DNA of 64,000 nucleotides from Escherichia coli (GTDB lineage Bacteria; Pseudomonadota; Gammaproteobacteria; Enterobacterales; Enterobacteriaceae): NCBI RefSeq assembly GCF_003334355.1, contig NZ_QOWP01000021.1; one strand, 5' to 3'. Shown piece by piece: positions 55,340 to 64,000 of this stretch (position 1 is its first letter; each line of letters starts with the position of its first letter). The notes under the pieces were generated by a model. It saw only the letters and a program-made list of their open reading frames with translations, ran no database searches and was not told where the DNA came from. The position numbers and the translations under genes were made by a program.

Positions 55340-56461
55340 ATGGTTGCTGAATTGACCGCATTACGCGATCAAATTGATGAAGTCGATAAAGCGCTGCTGA
55401 ATTTATTAGCGAAGCGTCTGGAACTGGTTGCTGAAGTGGGCGAGGTGAAAAGCCGCTTTGGACTGCCTATTTATGTTCCGGAGCGCGAGGCATCTATGTT
55501 GGCCTCGCGTCGTGCAGAGGCGGAAGCTCTGGGTGTACCGCCAGATCTGATTGAGGATGTTTTGCGTCGGGTGATGCGTGAATCTTACTCCAGTGAAAAC
55601 GACAAAGGATTTAAAACACTTTGTCCGTCACTGCGTCCGGTGGTTATCGTCGGCGGTGGCGGTCAGATGGGACGCCTGTTCGAGAAGATGCTGACCCTCT
55701 CGGGTTATCAGGTGCGGATTCTGGAGCAACATGACTGGGATCGAGCGGCTGATATTGTTGCCGATGCCGGAATGGTGATTGTTAGTGTGCCAATCCACGT
55801 TACTGAGCAAGTTATTGGCAAATTACCGCCTTTACCGAAAGATTGTATTCTGGTCGATCTGGCATCAGTGAAAAATGGGCCATTACAGGCCATGCTGGCG
55901 GCGCATGATGGTCCGGTGCTGGGGCTACACCCGATGTTCGGTCCGGACAGCGGTAGCCTGGCAAAGCAAGTTGTGGTCTGGTGTGATGGACGTAAACCGG
56001 AAGCATACCAATGGTTTCTGGAGCAAATTCAGGTCTGGGGCGCTCGGCTGCATCGTATTAGCGCCGTCGAGCACGATCAGAATATGGCGTTTATTCAGGC
56101 ACTGCGCCACTTTGCTACTTTTGCTTACGGGCTGCACCTGGCAGAAGAAAATGTTCAGCTTGAGCAACTTCTGGCGCTCTCTTCGCCGATTTACCGCCTT
56201 GAGCTGGCGATGGTCGGGCGACTGTTTGCTCAGGATCCGCAGCTTTATGCCGACATCATTATGTCGTCAGAGCGTAATCTGGCGTTAATCAAACGTTACT
56301 ATAAGCGTTTCGGCGAGGCGATTGAGTTGCTGGAGCAGGGCGATAAGCAGGCGTTTATTGACAGTTTCCGCAAGGTGGAGCACTGGTTCGGCGATTACGC
56401 ACAGCGTTTTCAGAGTGAAAGCCGCGTGTTATTGCGTCAGGCGAATGACAATCGCCAGTAA
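55340..56461 (+). CDS. tyrA: Bifunctional chorismate mutase/prephenate dehydrogenase TyrA
   Basis: 373-aa [40 protein letters not shown].... Confidence 0.95.
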   Translation: MVAELTALRDQIDEVDKALLNLLAKRLELVAEVGEVKSRFGLPIYVPEREASMLASRRAEAEALGVPPDLIEDVLRRVMRESYSSENDKGFKTLCPSLRPVVIVGGGGQMGRLFEKMLTLSGYQVRILEQHDWDRAADIVADAGMVIVSVPIHVTEQVIGKLPPLPKDCILVDLASVKNGPLQAMLAAHDGPVLGLHPMFGPDSGSLAKQVVVWCDGRKPEAYQWFLEQIQVWGARLHRISAVEHDQNMAFIQALRHFATFAYGLHLAEENVQLEQLLALSSPIYRLELAMVGRLFAQDPQLYADIIMSSERNLALIKRYYKRFGEAIELLEQGDKQAFIDSFRKVEHWFGDYAQRFQSESRVLLRQANDNRQ

Positions 56462-56468
56462 TAATCCA

Positions 56469-56503
56469 GTGCCGGATGATTCACATCATCCGGCACCTTT
56501 TCA
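56469..56503. terminator. Hairpin terminator between convergent tyrA and pheA
   Basis: gtgccggatgat-tcac-atcatccggcac followed by cttttcatc. Confidence 0.6.
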
Positions 56504-57664
56504 TCAGGTTGGATCAACAGGCACTACGTTCTCACTTGGGTAACAGCCCAATACCTTCATTGAACGGGTGATTTCCCCTAACTCTTTCAATGCTTTTTGC
56601 ATTTCCGCTGATTCAAGATTGGCCTGAATATCCAGATAGAACATCTCTTCCCATGGATTACCGTGAATCGGGCGTGATTCCAGACGGGTCATAATCAGAT
56701 TGTGGTTGCGCAGTACCAGCAACGCTTCAACCAGCGCACCGGCTTGTTGCCCGGTCGCCATTAACAACGTGGTTTTCGCCGGAACCTGATCAGACACGTT
56801 AATGGCTTTACGCGCCAACACCACAAATCGGGTGAAGTTTTGTCGCTGATTTGCTTCAATACGCTCCAGTACCTGCAAACCGTACAAAGTGCCGCCAGCT
56901 TCGCTTCCCAACGCAGCAACATGCGGTGATTTTGCCTGTGCAACCTTTTCCATTGCCGCAGACGTACTTTCGGTATATTCAATCTTCCAGTGCGGATAAC
57001 GATTAAGGAATTTGCTGCATTGCTGGAATGGCTGCGGATGGCTGTAGACCGTATTGATGGTGGATAAATCAGTAGTGCCGGAGACCAACAAACAATGGTC
57101 GATAGTTAACGTCATCTCGCCAACAATCGACAAGCTGGTATGTTGCAGCAGATCGTAAACGTCGTTTATGGCACCGGAGCTGGTATTTTCAATCGGTACG
57201 ACGGCATAGTCGGCCTGGCCGGTTTCCACCTGATTAAAAATATCGGCAAATTTGGCGCAGCCACTTTCAATGAATTGCTCAAAGTGACGGGCAGCATACT
57301 GGCGCGCCGCAAGATGGGAATAAGAACCTTTGGGGCCGAGAAAAGCGATGCGTGCTGAGTGCGGATTAATTTTATTGAGATGTTGTTGGAGCAAAGCCTG
57401 CTGAGTTAATACGGAATCTTCAATGATGAGCTGGAACAGGCGAGTAATGTAATGGGCGTCCAGATGGTGCGCTTTACCGAGCGTAATTAATCTTTCCAGC
57501 AAATCGCGTTCACGATCAATATCACGTACCGGGCGATGCGAGAGCAGTTTGGCTTTTCCCACCTCGACGGCCAGTTCGCGCCGTTCTGCCAGTAACGCTA
57601 ATAATTTTTCATCCAGCGCGCTGATTTTCTCTCGCAGCGCCAGTAACGGGTTTTCCGATGTCAT
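56504..57664 (-). CDS. pheA: Bifunctional chorismate mutase/prephenate dehydratase PheA
   Basis: 386-aa [44 protein letters not shown].... Confidence 0.95.
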
Positions 57665-57685
57665 AGTGTTGCCTTTTTGTTATCA

Positions 57686-57714
57686 ATAAAAAAGGCCCCC
57701 CGATTTGGGAGGCC
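57686..57714 (-). terminator. pheA attenuator terminator hairpin
   Basis: On the minus strand GGCCTCCC-AAATC-GGGGGGCC followed by TTTTTTATTG, between pheL and pheA. Confidence 0.8.
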
Positions 57715-57762
57715 TTATTGTTCGTCTTCGCATTCTGTTTCACACGACGAAACGCCTCCCAT

Positions 57763-57810
57763 TCAGGGGAAGGTAAAAAAGAATGCGAAGAAAAACGGTA
57801 TGTGTTTCAT
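57763..57810 (-). CDS. pheL: pheA leader peptide PheL ([15 protein letters not shown])
   Basis: Minus-strand atg aaa cac ata ccg ttt ttc ttc gca ttc ttt ttt acc ttc ccc tga: 15 aa with 7 Phe codons, directly upstream of the attenuator. Confidence 0.9.
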
Positions 57811-57863
57811 GTTTGTTTCCTTAAGTGACTTTAGTACAGTACCCGTACTGTTTTCACGCTGTC

Positions 57864-57890
57864 AACAAAAAACGCGCCCGAAGGCGCGTT
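57864..57890 (-). terminator. Rho-independent terminator downstream of raiA
   Basis: On the minus strand aacgcgcc-ttcg-ggcgcgtt followed by ttttttgttg. Confidence 0.6.
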
Positions 57891-57913
57891 GGCGATACAC
57901 TCAATATAAAGGA

Positions 57914-58309
<396 letters not shown>

Positions 58310-58475
58310 TCAAAATGTGTGATGAAAATCTCATAATTTTGTCACTTTTTGTCAACGAATCTTTTTTGTGAGAAATCGCAGGAAGAGATGTTTTTTTACT
58401 TGAGGAATATCTCAAAGCGAGCCATATTTGATGAGATCGATAGCGACTAAATCGCTTCAGTTTCACAACTGACAG

Positions 58476-58507
58476 AATAAAAAAACGGCAGCTCAAGGGC
58501 TGCCGTT
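58476..58507 (-). terminator. Rho-independent terminator downstream of bamD
   Basis: aacggcag-ctcaaggg-ctgccgtt hairpin; on the minus strand followed by tttttattctg. Confidence 0.6.
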
Positions 58508-58525
58508 TTGTGTTTCAGGTTTCTG

Positions 58526-59263
58526 TTATGTATTGCTGCTGTTTGCGGCGATGATTTTCGCTACTTTTTCAGCTTGCGCATTCATCTGCATCTGACGGTA
58601 TGCATTTTCCATCAGCGGCAGCGCATCACGCGTAGCCTGGGTATCCGGGTAGTCGCGCAACATGCCTTCTACGCGGTTAACGACGGCAACCCATGCGCCA
58701 CGTTCTGTATAGTACTCGGCCACGGAGTATTCATATTTCGCCAGACGATCTTTCAGGAATACCAGACGTTTGGTGGCATCGGTGGTGTACTGACTGTTCG
58801 GATAGCCGCGCACCAGTTTGGAAAAGTCACTAAACGCAGCTCGTGCATGTTGAGGATCGCGATCGCTACGATCGACGCCAAAGAACCCTTGCAGCGCACT
58901 GTCATCCAGCGCCATATTGGTCAGGCCACGCATGTACATGACATAATCGATATTCGGATGGGTCGGGTTAAGGCGAATAAAACGATCGATGGCAGCCTGT
59001 GCTAACGGCAAATCGGCGTTTTTATAGTAGGCGTAGATGAGATCCAGCTGCACCTGCTGCGAATACGGACCAAACGGATAGCGATTATCTAACGCTTCCA
59101 GTTGCGTTATTGCCTGTCTCCAGTTACCGTCCTGCAGCTTTTGTTGTGCAGTCGCGTAAATTTCATTTGGCGGATTATCAGGTACTTCTTCCTTTGACCC
59201 CGAGCAACCCGCCAAAAACAGGCTTAGTGTGGCGGCTGCCACCAGATATTTCATGCGCGTCAT
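58526..59263 (-). CDS. bamD: Outer membrane protein assembly factor BamD (YfiO), TPR lipoprotein
   Basis: 245-aa [29 protein letters not shown]... (lipobox). Confidence 0.9.
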
Positions 59264-59397
59264 GACGTTTTGACTTTCCTCAAAATGTAATACGGGAGAT
59301 TCTCTGTTCCTGCTCCCGGTTAAGACCAGCTACAATAGCACACTATATTAAACGGCAAAGCCGTAAAACCCCAACGATAAACGAAGAAGCAGTATAT

Positions 59398-60378
59398 ATG
59401 GCACAACGAGTACAGCTCACTGCAACGGTGTCCGAAAACCAACTCGGTCAACGCTTAGATCAGGCTTTGGCCGAAATGTTCCCGGATTATTCACGTTCGC
59501 GAATAAAAGAATGGATCCTCGACCAGCGAGTGCTGGTTAACGGCAAAGTTTGTGATAAGCCGAAAGAAAAAGTATTGGGTGGCGAGCAGGTTGCCATCAA
59601 CGCTGAGATTGAAGAAGAAGCGCGTTTTGAACCGCAGGATATCCCGCTGGATATCGTCTATGAAGATGAAGACATTATTATCATTAATAAACCGCGCGAC
59701 CTGGTGGTACATCCTGGCGCGGGTAACCCGGATGGCACGGTACTGAATGCGTTGCTTCATTACTATCCACCCATTGCCGATGTACCGCGTGCGGGCATCG
59801 TCCATCGTCTGGATAAAGACACCACTGGTCTGATGGTTGTGGCAAAAACCGTTCCGGCTCAGACGCGTTTAGTCGAATCTTTGCAACGGCGTGAAATTAC
59901 TCGTGAGTATGAAGCGGTGGCGATTGGTCATATGACCGCAGGTGGCACGGTGGACGAGCCAATCAGTCGCCACCCGACCAAACGTACCCATATGGCGGTG
60001 CATCCGATGGGCAAACCAGCGGTGACTCACTATCGCATCATGGAACACTTCCGTGTGCACACGCGTCTGCGGTTGCGTCTGGAAACTGGACGTACGCACC
60101 AGATCCGCGTGCATATGGCCCATATCACTCATCCGCTGGTGGGCGATCCGGTTTATGGTGGCCGTCCGCGTCCGCCAAAAGGTGCTTCGGAAGCATTTAT
60201 CTCCACGCTGCGTAAGTTTGACCGCCAGGCGCTACATGCAACCATGCTGCGTCTTTATCACCCGATCTCCGGCATCGAAATGGAATGGCATGCGCCTATT
60301 CCACAAGATATGGTGGAGCTGATTGAGGTGATGCGCGCCGATTTCGAAGAACATAAGGATGAAGTGGACTGGTTATGA
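59398..60378 (+). CDS. rluD: 23S rRNA pseudouridine synthase RluD
   Basis: 326-aa ORF MAQRVQLTATVSENQLGQRLDQALAEMFPDYSRSRIKEWI... with conserved HRLDKDTTG motif. Confidence 0.9.
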   Translation: MAQRVQLTATVSENQLGQRLDQALAEMFPDYSRSRIKEWILDQRVLVNGKVCDKPKEKVLGGEQVAINAEIEEEARFEPQDIPLDIVYEDEDIIIINKPRDLVVHPGAGNPDGTVLNALLHYYPPIADVPRAGIVHRLDKDTTGLMVVAKTVPAQTRLVESLQRREITREYEAVAIGHMTAGGTVDEPISRHPTKRTHMAVHPMGKPAVTHYRIMEHFRVHTRLRLRLETGRTHQIRVHMAHITHPLVGDPVYGGRPRPPKGASEAFISTLRKFDRQALHATMLRLYHPISGIEMEWHAPIPQDMVELIEVMRADFEEHKDEVDWL

Positions 60379-61106
60379 GTAAGCTGATTGTCCCGCAGTG
60401 GCCGCAGCCAAAAGGTGTTGCGGCCTGTAGCTCCACTCGTATCGGCGGCGTGAGCTTGCCCCCGTATGACTCACTCAACCTCGGTGCCCATTGTGGCGAT
60501 AACCCGGATCACGTTGAGGAGAATCGCAAGCGACTTTTTGCTGCGGGCAATTTGCCTTCTAAACCGGTCTGGCTTGAGCAGGTACACGGCAAAGATGTGC
60601 TTAAGCTCACTGGCGAACCTTATGCCTCAAAACGGGCGGATGCCTCTTATAGCAATACGCCCGGCACGGTTTGCGCAGTGATGACTGCCGACTGCCTCCC
60701 TGTGCTGTTTTGCAATCGAGCGGGAACGGAAGTCGCCGCCGCTCATGCTGGCTGGCGTGGACTGTGCGCAGGCGTGCTGGAAGAGACGGTTTCCTGTTTT
60801 GCTGATAATCCGGAAAATATTCTCGCCTGGTTAGGGCCGGCAATTGGTCCACGCGCGTTCGAAGTGGGGGGGGAGGTTCGCGAGGCGTTTATGGCAGTAG
60901 ACGCTAAAGCAAGTGCAGCTTTCATTCAGCATGGTGATAAGTATCTGGCGGATATTTATCAGCTTGCCCGGCAGCGTCTGGCGAACGTGGGTGTTGAGCA
61001 AATTTTCAGCGGCGACCGTTGTACATATACGGAAAATGAGACTTTCTTCTCTTATCGTCGCGACAAGACCACCGGTCGTATGGCAAGTTTCATTTGGCTG
61101 ATATAA
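60375..61106 (+). CDS. yfiH: YfiH (PgeF) family protein, laccase-domain/purine nucleoside-processing enzyme
   Basis: 243-aa ORF MSKLIVPQWPQPKGVAACSSTRIGGVS...; overlaps the rluD stop by 4 nt. Confidence 0.85.
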   Translation: MSKLIVPQWPQPKGVAACSSTRIGGVSLPPYDSLNLGAHCGDNPDHVEENRKRLFAAGNLPSKPVWLEQVHGKDVLKLTGEPYASKRADASYSNTPGTVCAVMTADCLPVLFCNRAGTEVAAAHAGWRGLCAGVLEETVSCFADNPENILAWLGPAIGPRAFEVGGEVREAFMAVDAKASAAFIQHGDKYLADIYQLARQRLANVGVEQIFSGDRCTYTENETFFSYRRDKTTGRMASFIWLI

Positions 61107-61235
61107 CCTAAAGAATCAAGACGATCCGGTACGCGTGATTTTCTTTTCACATTAATCTGGTCAATAACCTTGAATAATTGAGGGATGACCTCATTTAATC
61201 TCCAGTAGCAACTTTGATCCGTTATGGGAGGAGTT

Positions 61236-63809
61236 ATGCGTCTGGATCGTCTTACTAATAAATTCCAGCTTGCTCTTGCCGATGCCCAATCACTTGCACT
61301 CGGGCACGACAACCAATTTATCGAACCACTTCATTTAATGAGCGCCCTGCTGAATCAGGAAGGGGGTTCGGTTAGTCCTTTATTAACATCCGCTGGCATA
61401 AATGCTGGCCAGTTGCGCACAGATATCAATCAGGCATTAAATCGTTTACCGCAGGTTGAAGGTACTGGTGGTGATGTCCAGCCATCACAGGATCTGGTGC
61501 GCGTTCTTAATCTTTGCGACAAGCTGGCGCAAAAACGTGGTGATAACTTTATCTCGTCAGAACTGTTCGTTCTGGCGGCACTTGAGTCTCGCGGCACGCT
61601 GGCCGACATCCTGAAAGCAGCAGGGGCGACCACCGCCAACATTACTCAAGCGATTGAACAAATGCGTGGAGGTGAAAGCGTGAACGATCAAGGTGCTGAA
61701 GACCAACGTCAGGCTTTGAAAAAATATACCATCGACCTTACCGAACGAGCCGAACAGGGCAAACTCGATCCGGTGATTGGTCGTGATGAAGAAATTCGCC
61801 GTACCATTCAGGTGCTGCAACGTCGTACTAAAAATAACCCGGTACTGATTGGTGAACCCGGCGTCGGTAAAACTGCCATCGTTGAAGGTCTGGCGCAGCG
61901 TATTATCAACGGCGAAGTGCCGGAAGGGTTGAAAGGCCGCCGGGTACTGGCGCTGGATATGGGCGCGCTGGTGGCTGGGGCGAAATATCGCGGTGAGTTT
62001 GAAGAACGTTTAAAAGGCGTGCTTAACGATCTTGCCAAACAGGAAGGCAACGTCATCCTATTTATCGACGAATTACATACCATGGTCGGCGCGGGTAAAG
62101 CCGATGGCGCAATGGACGCCGGAAACATGCTGAAACCGGCGCTGGCGCGTGGTGAATTGCACTGCGTAGGTGCCACGACGCTTGACGAATATCGCCAGTA
62201 CATTGAAAAAGATGCTGCGCTGGAACGTCGTTTCCAGAAAGTGTTTGTTGCCGAGCCTTCTGTTGAAGATACCATTGCGATTCTGCGTGGCCTGAAAGAA
62301 CGTTACGAATTGCACCACCATGTGCAAATTACTGACCCGGCAATTGTTGCAGCGGCGACGTTGTCTCATCGCTACATTGCTGACCGTCAGCTGCCGGATA
62401 AAGCCATCGACCTGATCGATGAAGCAGCATCCAGCATTCGTATGCAGATTGACTCAAAACCAGAAGAACTCGACCGACTCGATCGTCGTATCATCCAGCT
62501 CAAACTGGAACAACAGGCGTTAATGAAAGAGTCTGATGAAGCCAGTAAAAAACGTCTGGATATGCTCAACGAAGAACTGAGCGACAAAGAACGTCAGTAC
62601 TCCGAGTTAGAAGAAGAGTGGAAAGCAGAGAAGGCATCGCTTTCTGGTACGCAGACCATTAAAGCGGAACTGGAACAGGCGAAAATCGCTATTGAACAGG
62701 CTCGCCGTGTGGGGGACCTGGCGCGGATGTCTGAACTGCAATACGGCAAAATCCCGGAACTGGAAAAGCAACTGGAAGCCGCAACGCAGCTCGAAGGCAA
62801 AACTATGCGTCTGTTGCGTAATAAAGTGACCGACGCCGAAATTGCTGAAGTGCTGGCGCGTTGGACGGGGATTCCGGTTTCTCGCATGATGGAAAGCGAG
62901 CGCGAAAAACTGCTGCGTATGGAGCAAGAACTGCACCATCGCGTAATTGGTCAGAACGAAGCGGTTGATGCGGTATCTAACGCTATTCGTCGTAGCCGTG
63001 CGGGGCTGGCGGATCCAAATCGCCCGATTGGTTCATTCCTGTTCCTCGGCCCAACTGGTGTGGGGAAAACAGAGCTTTGTAAGGCGCTGGCGAACTTTAT
63101 GTTTGATAGCGACGAGGCGATGGTCCGTATCGATATGTCCGAGTTTATGGAGAAACACTCGGTGTCTCGTTTGGTTGGTGCGCCTCCGGGATATGTCGGT
63201 TATGAAGAAGGTGGCTACCTGACCGAAGCGGTGCGTCGTCGTCCGTATTCCGTCATCCTGCTGGATGAAGTGGAAAAAGCGCATCCGGATGTCTTCAACA
63301 TTCTGTTGCAGGTACTGGATGATGGGCGTCTGACTGACGGGCAAGGGAGAACGGTCGACTTCCGTAATACGGTCGTCATTATGACCTCTAACCTCGGTTC
63401 CGATCTGATTCAGGAACGCTTCGGTGAACTGGATTATGCGCACATGAAAGAGCTGGTGCTCGGTGTGGTAAGCCATAACTTCCGTCCGGAATTCATTAAC
63501 CGTATCGATGAAGTGGTGGTCTTCCATCCGCTGGGTGAACAGCACATTGCCTCGATTGCGCAGATTCAGTTGAAACGTCTGTACAAAAGTCTGGAAGAAC
63601 GTGGTTATGAAATCCACATTTCTGACGAGGCGCTGAAACTGCTGAGCGAGAACGGTTACGATCCGGTCTATGGTGCACGTCCTCTGAAACGTGCAATTCA
63701 GCAGCAGATCGAAAACCCGCTGGCACAGCAAATACTGTCTGGTGAATTGGTTCCGGGTAAAGTGATTCGCCTGGAAGTTAATGAAGACCGGATTGTCGCC
63801 GTCCAGTAA
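61236..63809 (+). CDS. clpB: Disaggregase chaperone ClpB (AAA+, two NBDs)
   Basis: Start at [20 protein letters not shown] (857 aa) inside ORF-track ORF 61224-63809; two Walker A sites GEPGVGKT and GPTGVGKT. Confidence 0.95.
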   Translation: MRLDRLTNKFQLALADAQSLALGHDNQFIEPLHLMSALLNQEGGSVSPLLTSAGINAGQLRTDINQALNRLPQVEGTGGDVQPSQDLVRVLNLCDKLAQKRGDNFISSELFVLAALESRGTLADILKAAGATTANITQAIEQMRGGESVNDQGAEDQRQALKKYTIDLTERAEQGKLDPVIGRDEEIRRTIQVLQRRTKNNPVLIGEPGVGKTAIVEGLAQRIINGEVPEGLKGRRVLALDMGALVAGAKYRGEFEERLKGVLNDLAKQEGNVILFIDELHTMVGAGKADGAMDAGNMLKPALARGELHCVGATTLDEYRQYIEKDAALERRFQKVFVAEPSVEDTIAILRGLKERYELHHHVQITDPAIVAAATLSHRYIADRQLPDKAIDLIDEAASSIRMQIDSKPEELDRLDRRIIQLKLEQQALMKESDEASKKRLDMLNEELSDKERQYSELEEEWKAEKASLSGTQTIKAELEQAKIAIEQARRVGDLARMSELQYGKIPELEKQLEAATQLEGKTMRLLRNKVTDAEIAEVLARWTGIPVSRMMESEREKLLRMEQELHHRVIGQNEAVDAVSNAIRRSRAGLADPNRPIGSFLFLGPTGVGKTELCKALANFMFDSDEAMVRIDMSEFMEKHSVSRLVGAPPGYVGYEEGGYLTEAVRRRPYSVILLDEVEKAHPDVFNILLQVLDDGRLTDGQGRTVDFRNTVVIMTSNLGSDLIQERFGELDYAHMKELVLGVVSHNFRPEFINRIDEVVVFHPLGEQHIASIAQIQLKRLYKSLEERGYEIHISDEALKLLSENGYDPVYGARPLKRAIQQQIENPLAQQILSGELVPGKVIRLEVNEDRIVAVQ

Positions 63810-63815
63810 ATGATA

Positions 63816-63843
63816 AAACGAGCCCTTCGGGGCTCGTTTTTGT
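63816..63843 (+). terminator. Rho-independent terminator of clpB
   Basis: aaacgagccc-ttcg-gggctcgttt followed by ttgtc, 7 nt after the clpB stop. Confidence 0.75.
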
Positions 63844-63924
63844 CTATAAGTTAGACGGAAAAGACTATATTTAAGATGTTTTGCCTGAAAAGTGAGCGAA
63901 CGATAAAGTTTTTATATTTTTCGC

Positions 63925-63952
63925 TTGTCAGGCCGGAATAACTCCCTATAAT
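63925..63952 (+). promoter_or_regulatory. rRNA-operon P1-like promoter (rrnG-type) with AT-rich UP element upstream
   Basis: TTGTCA (63925-63930), 16-nt spacer, TATAAT (63947-63952), GC-rich discriminator GCGCCACC; AT-rich tract at about 63885-63920; an rrn operon follows clpB in K-12 (recollection). Confidence 0.6.
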
Positions 63953-64000
63953 GCGCCACCACTGACACGGAACAACGGCAAACACGCCGCCGGGTCAGCG

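Noticed and set aside
63033-63731. 232-aa minus-strand ORF (and similar long antisense ORFs at 12640-13320, 47738-48352, 44687-45439, 57677-58336, 24424-25032, 10976-11734, 15107-15682)
   Set aside because: All lie antisense within well-supported genes (clpB, gabD, ffh, grpE, raiA, autotransporter, gabT, lhgO/csiD) and look like frame shadows of GC-rich coding sequence.

Overview
This window reads as an Escherichia coli-type chromosomal segment, in reverse orientation relative to the K-12 map as I recall it. It runs from proV (partial) and nrdHIEF through ygaM-ygaC-alaE-stpA-ygaP-ygaV-yqaE-kbp and the csiD-lhgO-gabDTP-csiR cluster, then an old island remnant at tRNA ileY (fragmented ygaQ pseudogene, two AT-rich ORFs, a pinH invertase fragment, a ypjA-type autotransporter). 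Next comes a roughly 12.4 kb P4-like satellite prophage (about 27.2-39.57 kb) sitting beside ssrA (tmRNA), followed by core genes smpB, ratAB, bamE, recN, nadK, grpE, yfjD, ypjD, ffh, rpsP-rimM-trmD-rplS, yfiB-dgcN-yfiR, yfiL, aroF-tyrA, pheA/pheL, raiA, bamD, rluD, yfiH, clpB and an rrn P1-like promoter at the window edge. The most interesting content is the AT-rich cargo between the cos/delta end of the P4-like element and its integrase: a tightly coupled two-gene operon encoding a nuclease-like protein (313 aa) and an SF2 DEAH helicase (860 aa), which I read as a Hachiman-like (HamA/HamB) antiphage candidate, plus a divergent 152-aa ORF with an Rx4H HEPN-like motif. All family assignments come from reading the translations and from memory of known families; no database search was run. 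Coordinates of non-coding features are approximate.
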